Shown here: positions 1 through 10,350 of the stretch, in pieces | Numbering within the stretch: position 1 is the first letter of the stretch | Layout of the letters: every line of letters starts with the position of its first letter | Origin: Guillardia theta CCMP2712 | Taxonomy: Eukaryota > Protista > Cryptophyta | DNA: 64,000 nt | NCBI RefSeq assembly: GCF_000315625.1 | Contig: NW_005434611.1 | Coordinates: forward strand, 55,574-119,573 | Reading direction: 5' to 3' | Position numbers and translations under genes: made by a program | Notes under the pieces: model-generated | The model's database searches: none | What the model saw: only the letters and a program-made list of their open reading frames with translations | What the model was told of the DNA's origin: nothing

Positions 1-592
1 CTACTACCTGATGATGATCTGCAAGCTGCCGCGATTGCTCCTGCGGCACCTGATCAACCAGCGTGACAGGACAACTTGCTCCACTCACTCTCTCTGCTCG
101 AAGTTGCGACTCCATCTCATCTGCTGCTACCTGTGCGCTGGGGTGAATGGAAGGAAAGTCACTTGCTCTGAACAAGCCTTGAGGTCGCTAATCTCAGCGT
201 CTCTATCTCGAACCATGTTCTTCAGGTTCACGAACGCAGAGTCATATCTGCAGACAACGTCAGATGCACGAGTATCAGCACGGAACAACAACCTCTCGAG
301 CTCTGCATCCCTATCTTCGATCAGCTTCAGGTTGTACTGGAAGTCCACCTTGAGTTTCCTGCATCCAGGTCACCGTCAGCCGCTCTTGGTTCGCCATACC
401 TGAAGTTCTCCTTCAGGTCTGCGATCTGTCGGTCCCTCTCTGTGATGGTAGATTCCAAGGCCTGTTGCAAGGTCACATCTCCCTCATCATGGCTCAAGGT
501 CGTTCCTGGATCCGTAGCTCGTTCATCTCCTGGAGCTCCTTCTCCTTCTGCCCTATCAGCTCTCTTAAAGCGCTGGCCGGGTTGACCGGCAT
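1..592 (-). CDS. CCDC57: CCDC57-like centrosomal coiled-coil protein, 5' part (multi-exon, runs off the window start)
   Basis: Manual splicing gives MPVNPASALRELIGQKEKELQEMNELRIQ/ALESTITERDRQIADLKENF/RKLKVDFQYNLKLIEDRDAELE/RYDSAFVNLK. DFQYNLKLIEDRDAELERYD resembles the CCDC57 N-terminal motif DFxYNLxxLEERDxELERYD as recalled. Confidence 0.7.
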
Positions 593-1048
593 GGCGTCCT
601 GGGTGTCAAGGAAGATCGTCAGTCGTAGTTGATCACAGAGATCGCTTCACACATTTGTATTTCTCTCGTCTCTACAAGCCACTCCTATACAAGCTACCCC
701 TTTACAACTCCATTAGATCCCTTCATGTCCTCTGCTCTGCTCTGCTCTGCTCGCATGACATCGCATCTCCTCTCATCCCTTCACATCTTTTCGTATCTTC
801 TCTCTCCCTCTTCCCGTTCATCTCTGATTTCTACTCGCATCACTGGCTCCCTCTCGCATCTCCCGCGCTTACCTCCGCCATTCCCCGACAAACAGGTTGG
901 TGGAGGCTGAAGTATTTCAAATTTGGCTCATAAATTGCTGCAACAAAAATGAAATTTTATGAAATGGAATCGAGGCAAGTATCAAGTTTCAAGATTTGAA
1001 TACAGGCGGTCTGGTCTTCATCGCTCCTCAACTACCCACTCGCGTCAT

Positions 1049-1121
<73 letters not shown>
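1049..1121. repeat. (CTGCTC)n hexamer microsatellite
   Basis: About 12 tandem copies directly visible. Confidence 0.95.
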
Positions 1122-1122
<1 letters not shown>

Positions 1123-1554
1123 ACTCCTCCCTCCACATAATCAGTTTTACCTTCCCCACCTCTTCAATGTTTCTTTTGAATACGCCTTCCTCTATCGTTT
1201 CTCGTCTCTCCTCCACCCACCGCATACCCACCTTCATCCTTTCGCAGCAGCAGCAGCAGCAGCTAGGTTATCTCAATCGACTCGCTCGTCGCAATCATTA
1301 TTTTCAACTTCGTACAAGGCAAATTTGGTTTCATTCACTTCAAGAATGTAAAAATGGTTGGGAAAGATTAAAGTTCAAGTGTTTCACATGGAGAGATTTC
1401 TATAGCAGACAACAAGTCAATCGAAGCTGTAGTGTGTTGTGATACTCCGCCCCTGCCACAGTCATGAGACCTCCACCATCCCCTCCAAGAAACAAGGGCT
1501 AGCAACGCACTACTCTTCTCCCTATCCATCCTTCTCAGTTCCTCAAGCTCTCAC

Positions 1555-3268
1555 TACTCACCATTGTTGCACTTGATGTAGTCGACGCCCTTCACGTAGT
1601 AGTTCCGAGGGCAGGAAACATCGCCAGTCTCACGCCTGTCGTCATCGAGTCAAGAAGCGAAGGACGAGGAAGAGAATGGAGGTGTACATGGCATGGAAGA
1701 TATCGTTGCCGTTGATTACACACTCGCCAGTGACGTAGCTGACAATTCAGTCAAACTCGAGAACCCCTTTCGCTCCTCTCCTCTCCTTCACCTGCAATGC
1801 TCGGTAGCTGGGAAGCGTCCAGGAGGTCCTGGAGGCCCAGCGGGCCCTTGGATGCCGATCCCAGGGACTCCGGGAGCCTGGGGCCAAGTTAGCGAGAGCC
1901 TGAACAAAGGGGAAGCCAGAGCAAGTAGGTGCGCCAGGCCATGAGGGAGGACGGAAGGACAGACAAAAGCTGGAGGAACAAGCAGGCCAAGAGAGCGAGA
2001 ACAGGAGAGGCAGGGAAGGAGTAATGTGCCATTTCTTACCCCAGGGGGACCAGGCAAGCCAGGATTTCCTCTAGGACCCTGTCAAAATCACAGCGTCAAC
2101 GCCTGGAGCATGCGCGTCGCTGGTTTGACCTCCGGACCCTGCACGCCCATCGGACCGATAGGCCCCCTCTGCCCAATCTGACCAGGAATACCTGTGGGGT
2201 AGTCACTACACTTGAGTCCAGAAGCCAAGCAGTGGGAGGTAAAGATGGTGGTACACGTTGAGAAAGGTCGAGCACAGACGCGATAAGATGGCGGCCAACC
2301 ACAACGAGACACAGCAACACAGATAGGAGTAGGACCAGCAAGACGATTTGAGGAGGCTACGGTGAGATGTCAGCTTTCTCTTCACCTGGAGCCCCGGGTC
2401 GTCCCGTGTCACCAGGCCTGCCTTGATCGCCAGGAGGCCCTCTCAGGCCCCGATATCCCCTAGGGCCCATGGGACCTGCCGGTGAACGTCAAGGCACGTC
2501 GCATTTTCACTCACTCCACGCACCCTGAGGGCCCATGGCACCGGGTGAGCCTGGAGAACCGTTCTGCCCTGCAGGGCCCGTCGGTCCAGGGAGACCCTAC
2601 CAGGCACAGTGAGTATGTCTAGAGGACAGCGTCTTCGCGGCGGTATACCTGGGGTCCGCTCATGCCGGTTGGTCCGGGCTGCATTGCGACGGTGTTGATC
2701 CTCTGATGCAGGATCCTTGATTCGCGCGCCAACCTCCTGTCGTACGCCTGCTCCAGGTTCACGATCTTGGCGGCGAACTGCTTCTTGAGCAGTCGCATGG
2801 CAGCTCGAAGTTTCTTGATCATGTTGGCATTTTCCATGTCACCCCGTACAACCTCTCTGTTGGTTCTTTCGAGTCTGCCGATGTTCTTCTCAGCTATTTC
2901 GAACATGTCAGACCGGCATAAATATCACATAGAACGTGCAAACCTAGAGGCTCCCATGGCTTAGGTGGAGGAACCCACTCCGATTGTGACGGCTCAGCTT
3001 CCTGTTCCTGAGGAACATCTGGGGTCGCCTGCACGGCTGGTGGTGGCGGCGAAGACGGCTCTTCCTCCACCTCCTTCTCCGTTTCCTCCACGGGGTTGAG
3101 CGTTCCGGTGACTTTCCATGTGGGCATCATGGTCGTTCGCGATCCCTCGACCAGGGACGTTGGCTTCCGCTCATGGGCTCTGAGACTGACGAGGGACAGG
3201 AGGACTAAGAGGATCAGCCCTGCAGCTCCTGCCGCCGCCGCCGCCGCTCCCTGCCTCCTCCTCGACAT
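1555..3268 (-). CDS. Type II membrane collagen-like protein (TM anchor, Pro/Glu stalk, coiled coil, ~39 Gly-X-Y triplets, Cys-containing C-terminus)
   Basis: GT-AG spliced exons give GPTGMSGPQ/GLPGPTGPAGQNGSPGSPGAMGPQ/GPMGPRGYRGLRGPPGDQGRPGDTGRPGAP/GIPGQIGQRGPIGPMGVQGPE/GPRGNPGLPGPPG/APGVPGIGIQGPAGPPGPPG. N-terminal hydrophobic segment GLILLVLLSLVSL. The 3' end is uncertain; a further exon may extend to ~1368. Confidence 0.85.
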
Positions 3269-3329
3269 GCCCCGAAGAGACACGGCGGTTTCGGAACCGT
3301 TGAAATCCGTTTCTGATAACGAATATTTC

Positions 3330-3450
3330 GATAGGCGGGGCCTGCCGGGGCCCCGGGCCCCTCAGGGCCTGGGCATCACCGTACGGTCCTGCCAGTGCCC
3401 GGGCCGGCCCAGCGAGTCACTGTGACCGCCTGAGGCTCCCGTCGGGTAGT
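3330..3450. repeat. Short GC-rich intergenic element, same word vocabulary as 26670-27085 and 51280-51880
   Basis: Contains GGGCCGGCCC, CCGTACGG and GAGTCAC words. Confidence 0.5.
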
Positions 3451-3889
3451 GGCTGACGGAGCACAAGATTGTTAGACTTGTACAGTGACAAGTTGTAACA
3501 AGATCGGACAGTTTTTGCTCAAGACCAAGTTTAATGTACACAAAAGTGACTTGACCAGAATTGAGGAGCACATGAGAGATAGACTGTACGCTAGGATGTG
3601 AAACCCAAGCATCCAGACATGAGAGGACCTTAGCGAGACGGCTGGTTTACATGAGAGTTTTTGTTAACTCGGCGCTATCTGACTGGCACGGCTGGCATAG
3701 TATCGATCCATCAGTGGCACTGAACAGTGCGGGCCGGGCACGGGGCAGACGGAAGTTAATGGCCGAACTTCGGAACCGTTGAACAGGCTTGTCAGTCCGT
3801 TGTCCATTTATTTTCCGAGTTCCGGGTCTCACGAGTCATCGTCCGGGCCTCGCTCGCCTCTAGCGGCAATTAAACTCTCACTCGCCTCT

Positions 3890-6800
3890 TCTACTGACAT
3901 CCCCGCACGCGCCCATCTTCGCACCCCACGAGGATCATGCGGGAATACGGCAGGACCTCCACGCACGAGATGTTGCTGCGACAGCCTCGGTCAGCTCAGC
4001 TTCTTACCCGCCTCCGGTCCAGCTGGGCTCACCTTCGAACGTCTCGCATCCGACTTTGATCGACAGCTCGAGGAGCGTCTGCAAACACAAGCCCTCCAGC
4101 TAGAGCAGCGACAGCCTGACAAGAGCGATAGGTACAAGCTCAGCGGTAGGAAGGAGCAGGAGAAGACTGAGGGAGAGCAGCCATAGCGTGAGGAGGAGAG
4201 GAGGGCAGTAGTAGAAGGAACAAGCAGGGAGACTAGCAGGACACAAGTGAACATGCGCTACCATCGAGCTGGGCATCACTTTCAGGTCAACCACAGGATC
4301 AGTGAGGTACAGCCGATCCCTTCCCTCCTGCGTTTCAGACGTGAGGAGGGGAGAAGAGCTTGCGCTGCTCCCGCACCTTCCCGCTCCACCTCGACAGCCT
4401 CGGCAACATCAGCCATGCTGTGCTCCACAGCAGCTCCTCTGAGCCTTCACTCTGACACAAGGCAGTCACCCCCTGCCACGTCAACCGCCTCCTCTCACAT
4501 CCCACACGGCAAGCGACTTGTCCATGGAGGCAGTGATAACGTGCGTCCCCTTCGTTTCCAGCCCCGTGATCGCTCCTTCGTGCGCCCTCCACGTGCTGTA
4601 AACACATCCAGCAGCAGCTCAGCAGACTCAGCAACTCGCAGCAGGTCCGCCTGACCTCTGCAAGACCCCCGACCTGAGGTCCATCACGCACACCTGACCT
4701 GTGCTAGTGCCCATGAAGATCGACCCTCGTGATGCTTTGATGCTCAGCACGTTGTTCAGGGCAGGCGGCAGGTGCCTGCGGGCAACGTCGGTCATGCTCG
4801 CCGTCGCCAGTTCCCTCTCTCACCACTCGACTCCCTTGCTCTTGCTCCTCAGGTCTACAACCTTGACAGCGACAGGCCCAGGATACTTGGCGGTACACGC
4901 AAGGATGGCGTTGCCTCCAAACCAGAACCTGCGGCTGTGTGAGGCAAGTAACGAGCTGCTGCTGCTCCCACTCAGTCGCTGCAACGTCGCCTTCCAGGCA
5001 CGCGAAGCTGGTGATGCTCGCAACATGCCCGCTCGTCAAGACGCCCTTGTGTGTCTGCATCCTCTGCAGCACCTGACGTGTTGCGTCAAGCTCGCTCGCC
5101 GGCCCTTCAGTCTCGCTGCACCTCGAAGTCCCACACGTGGATCTCAGTGTCAAGTGACACAGCCCAGGGTCTGCTGGGAAGCAGCTGGACGCGCGTCACT
5201 GGTTCGCGATGTCCTGTGTACATCCCCTCGCAGTTCAAGTTATGCGGAGACCAGAGACGGACGGTCGAGTCCTGCAGGTCAAGTCAGAGGAGAGGAGGGG
5301 CGGGTAGCGAGGATGTGCGGACTTTGCTTCCTGTGAAGAAGACTCGCTCGCTGGGATGCCGACAGATGCACTTGACGTTTCCTGTGTGTCCCTTCCACGA
5401 GCACGCGAGAGCTGAGGGAGAAGTGAGAGGCTCGTCTCGCAACCTCCTCCTCCACCTCCATTGAAGGTCCACTCCCACGACCTGTCCTTGACCACGATGC
5501 TCCCTTCTCCCGCCTGCCGCTGCTCCCCGAAGCCCGACCAGCGCGCTATCCCGCTCTCTCGATCCGCCGCCCTCCTGTCCTCGGCAAGCGATCGAGTCGG
5601 GAGAGGCTTGGAGGACGCATGTTTGGCGACAAGAGACTCGATGAAGGCATGGTTGCGAACAGCTTGACGGATCGTCGACTGCCACTGGGCGCAGGAAGGG
5701 TCGGAGGGAGGGACAAGATCAAGCAGGGAGTGGTAGACGTCATGGACTATGTCAGCGCTGTACATCAGCTTCAACTGACTCCTGCTCTCTGCCGACAGCC
5801 CGCGCTGAGAAGACGGCTGGGAGGGACAAGTCAAGGCTTGCGAGAAGGAAAGGAAGGGAAGTGAGGGCAACTAGACATGAGGAAGGAGAAAGACGAAGAA
5901 AAACGAGAACGGAGGGACGAGAGAGGAGGGAGAGAGGTGGGGGACAGGACGGAGAGAGAAAGGAGCGACAAGGGAGAAGGAAGGGAGAAAGGAAGAACCA
6001 CAGGAGGAACCACAGGAGGAACCACATGAGGAACCACAGGAGGAACCACAGGAGGAACCACAGGAAGAACTTTCCTCTCTCCCTTCCCTCTCCCTTTTCC
6101 CTCCTTGCTGAAGGGGAGAGGAAGAGCAGAGGATGGGGAGACGAGAGGGCACTTACATCCGACCCTCCGAGCCCGAGGGGATTGCTACCAGTCACAAACC
6201 CCTTGGAATAAATTTGAGTCAGCGACATAAGCCAATTAGCGAGTCCGAGGAGGAGATGCTTTCTGACTGCGTCTGGTCCTGACTTGCCCAGCAGGTCGCA
6301 GAGAATACTCGTAGTCACCATGACAGACTCTCTCGAAGTCATCCGACTGCCCCCCTCCTCCTCCTGCTTGCACTCTCTTACAGGAACCTCTGTCAGGAGG
6401 CGGAGCAGGATGGAGTTGTGGAGGAGGCAGAGGTCCATGGAGCTCGTGCTGGATACCATGGGCAGCATCTGCTCGATCGTCGTCAAGATCAGCAGAAAAG
6501 AGTCTCTGCGCGTGAAAGTCTTCCCGTCCTTCCCAGCTCCGCCCGCCCTCTGCCCATCGCTATCATCGGGGGACCTCTCCTCTGCCAGCGTCTTGTGTGC
6601 CGCCACTCCTCTCCTCCCCTCCGTCGACCCGAAGGTCCAGTCGTAGAGGACGGCGAGCATGCGCGGGACGAGGAGCTGGGAGCACCAGACCTCTCCCATC
6701 TTCGTCCCAAGATCCACTAGGAACCCAGAGACCCGCCCTGAGGCATCCCGGGCGAGTTTTGGGACGAGGGGGTCGGCGATGTGGATCAGGCTGACTGCCT

Positions 6801-9800
6801 CCCCTAGCACTTCTCCTGTGAGGCCCACCAGGGTTCGAGAGACGCGGGAGGAGACGGTAGAGCTCGGCGAGTTCACGAGGAGGGCGAGGAGGCGAGGGAG
6901 GAGGGAGTGGAGGAACGAGTCAACGCCGAACGAGTCGATCCATCCGGCGACAGAGGACACGTCGAGGAGCCCAGCCATCGCCATCGCCTCCTGCTTGCTG
7001 TCCCGGTCCGTTTTGCTTCCGCTGGAGATCAGCTGGAGCAGGTGGGGCAGGACCAGTCTTTCGCTCTCCTTCTGCCCGATGCCTCTGCAGAAGATGGGAA
7101 CAATGGAGCGCAGAACGTCAACCTCCTGCTCCTCCTCCTCGAACGCCTGAAGGATGTCAGGCAGGAGGGTGAGGAGGAGGGGAGATCGCATGAGAGCAGC
7201 GGAAGCTCGATGCGTGTCCTGGAGGACAGCTCGGACCTTCTCTCTTCTCATCCCCGCGTTCACGGAGCAACGGAGGAGCTGCACGAGCTCGAGGAGGGGA
7301 TGAAAATACTCAGGGAAGATGCGATGGGAGGAAAGAGCTTTCAAAGGCTCCGCAGGTCCAGGTGCGATCGATTTGACGTCCGTTGAGATCGACTGCGAGT
7401 ATTCCCCCAGCAGGCCGAGCCGAAGCACCTTGTCGCTGTTGAAGGGTTCTTGAACGGACGTCAGCACCTTCGACTTGCTCTCAACGTCTGATCGCAACAT
7501 CCTAGCGAGACACTGACTGGTCCTCGCATGCTCGAGAGCGTCCTGAAGTAGAGCTGGGATGGAGCCCGCCCGTGACTTGTTGCCCTCCTCTCCCAATCCT
7601 CCTCCTCCTGCCTGCAGCTGCTTGACGGAGTCCACGAACGATCCCAAGGGGAAGTCGACTGAGGGGAAGTGACAGAGAGAGTCGTTGAGCAGGTGAGAGT
7701 CGCTCAAAATCAGCTCCATCATCGTCGAGTTATCGTGACATATGTAGGAGGAGAAGTTGCCGACAAAGTTGAGATCCCTTCTCGTCGCATCCTCCCCCAA
7801 GCACGAGCCTCCTGCTCTCCCGGAGCAGCCACTGGCCTCCATCAGCACTAGATCCTGCACAAGGAGAAAGGCGGAGTTTGACTCGTCCGTCAGCAGGCAA
7901 GACTCGTCAAAGCCCAGGGAGCTGAAAGTTCTTTCCGCTCCTTCTCCTTCATCCCCCGAGCTCCTCTGACTCCTTCCCAACACCTCCCGATGCGCGTTCG
8001 ACGGTCGGATCAGCATCTCCATGTCTACCCGCTCCCCGATCGCCTTTCGGATCCCAGCAAACAGCGACTTCTTCGTCTTCTTCTCTGCCACCACCTTCAA
8101 GGTTCCTGTCTCGCTCCCTCCCTCCTCCTCCGCAACCTGGACAGGGTGATCTGCCTCCACCGGACGTTCGCGGGAGGAGCAGGAGGAGTCGGAGGAGACG
8201 AGGTATCGCTCGATGTTGGCGACCTTCTGCTTGTTCGAGACCCTCCGCGGGGGGTGCGGACGTTGGAACAAGACGCAGAACCCGCGGTAGGACGGGAAGG
8301 TATTCTCCTTCAAAGGCACGTTCTTGGCGTCGATCGCCTCCTGTCCGACTAATTTGCAACCGAACGTGAGGTCGATCCACTCGTGCAGGCTCGCCGACAC
8401 CTCATCGCTCTCGAGCATCATGCGGTGCTGCTCGATGAAGTGATGGGGCGACTGAGCCCAGGAGGGCAGGAGCAGGTCGGGCATGTCCGAGTGAGTGGAG
8501 GAGAAGACCTGGGGGTCGCAGAAGAACTCAGGGATGCACTCGTCTGGCGTCCACGCGTAGAGCCGCTCGAGGGAGGACGGGTACTCGTGCGGCTGCCATT
8601 GCGAACGGACGACCTGGAGCAGGCGGCTGCGGGGGAGCCTCCGGGCGAGGTAGATACAGTAGGTCAGCTCGGACAACAGCTCCGTCACGTGATGCGGCGA
8701 GGAGCTCCTCCAGCTGACGTCGAGCTGAACGTCCCCCCTTGTCAGCCTCAGCTTTGACTTTGACAGGTCTCGCCAACCGCCGAAGGGAGCATGGAGGTCC
8801 GAGACCCATGGCAAGATGGGGTGAAAGGAGGGGTCCCCCAGTCGTCGCCCTGCCATGGCGTTGAGGGCCATGAGGTAGTCGAAGTTGGAGCAGGTCCCCT
8901 CAGCCCAGCTCCGTGTCATCGAGAGCAGGCTCCATCTGTTCGGCAGCCGGTACACCTTCCCTGCTCCCTCCACCTCCTCCTCCGCCCGAGCCCTCAAGTC
9001 GGCAAGCTGCTGGACTTGATTTGAAGGTCTGCTGGAAGGGAATAGCAGGTTACACCTGATGGTCCAACTCGCGTCGATCGACAAGCTCCGGACGTCCAGG
9101 CAGCCCAAGGCAAAGGAGTGACGGTGAAGGGACTCGACTAGGAGAGCTACCTGGTAGAGGAGGAAGAGAACGTTCGTCGAGTCTTGTGCGAGCCGGTCCT
9201 GATCGAACCTGATGACGTCGGCGACAGAGGTCGGCACGAGCTTGCTCACGACGATCAGCGCTCTTGCTGGAACGAGAACAACATCTGAGATCTCCGGCAG
9301 GAAAGAATGTCGCGGGACAACAAGGAGACCACAAGATCGTGACCCGTCTGCCTGCCTGCTGCGAGGAACAGGTTGGTAGAAGAGGGTGAAAAATCTCATA
9401 AAGTCTGTCAGGCCTTTCACACTTTCACCAGCTTCTGGCAAATCTTGCCCCATGGCAGAGTGTGACAAGGCAAGGCAGGGAAAGCATCTCCCTGACCCTC
9501 GGAACCCCAATCCGCTATCGGCAGAACGTGAACAAGGACCGTCCCCCTAGTTCCCTCCTCTTCCTCCTCCTCCTCCTCATCATCGTCATCATCATCATCG
9601 ATCTTCTCTCGAACATCGGTCGATTGCCAGACGAGGTCAAACTTGTCCTCCTGTTCGTCGAGACTAGTGCACAGTGACAGGCATGCAGCGCTCTTCCACC
9701 CACTGGCGAGGCAACAAACGAACCTTTCGCCTTTGCCATCGTAGTCGTACAGGATCGCATCCCGCTGAGACTCCTCAAGGAGCCTCTGAAGGAACATCCT

Positions 9801-9821
9801 CCTGCTCTCATGTACCGCCAT
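3890..9821 (-). CDS. WDR81: WDR81/GFS12(BchD)/LvsG-like protein: degenerate kinase-like region, BEACH domain, helical repeats, C-terminal WD40
   Basis: BEACH motifs [97 protein letters not shown]. WD40 exons RAHEGAITGL...VITASMDKSLAVWDV (~4500-4600) and terminal ISCVEVLPYSRMILVGCEDG (~3915-3975). One large exon ~6157-9441; the exact 3' end is uncertain. Confidence 0.88.
5990..6068. repeat. 12-bp intronic tandem repeat (GAGGAACCACAG)n, ~6 copies
   Basis: Directly visible inside the WDR81-like intron ~5818-6156. Confidence 0.9.
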
Positions 9822-9865
9822 CCTGCTACGGGTTGCTCTCATGTACCGCCATCCTGCTACGGGTT
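9804..9865. repeat. Perfect 31-bp tandem duplication spanning the WDR81-like start codon
   Basis: GCTCTCATGTACCGCCATCCTGCTACGGGTT occurs twice in tandem. Confidence 0.95.
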
Positions 9866-10350
9866 GCGCCGTGTTGTGTCGGCGGTGAAATCACCACATT
9901 TTCCCCTGACAAAATCCGCAACATAAAACGTTTTAGATGCATCCTGGTACAGACATTAAAATACATATTAATAAGTATGATGATGATTTGCTTACTATGT
10001 TGAGTGTATCGATATATAATATTTTACTGCATATAAACAGCAAAGCACTACCAAGATCACTTATAAACTTTAAATATATTGTAAGACTGTTTTGGGCGAA
10101 CGATGCCACGACACGGACGGCGAAGGGAGAAGAGGAAGGGATGGCGGGAGGAGAGAGCGACATGAAGGGATGAGAACAGAACAGGGAAAGGACGCGGGTA
10201 GATGGAGGAGCAGAAGAAGGGGGCAGGAAGGGAGCAGGATGATGGAGGGCAAGACTGGGAATGATATAAGTGCGAAACAGAAATGAGAGGTTGGGAATGC
10301 CACAATTCGAAAAGTTCAAAGCCAAAGCTAGCCGTCTTTCCTGTGATGAC

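Noticed and set aside
5752-6156. Hydrophobic FLLWFLLW C-terminus of the 1252-aa ORF as a TM region
   Set aside because: It is read-through into an intron (GAT|gtaagt) containing a 12-bp repeat; the gene continues into the WD40 exons.
9930-10090. AT-rich island as foreign or organellar insertion
   Set aside because: Short and without recognisable gene content; similar AT-rich patches occur in other divergent intergenic regions (27100-27330, 57390-57520), consistent with promoter DNA.
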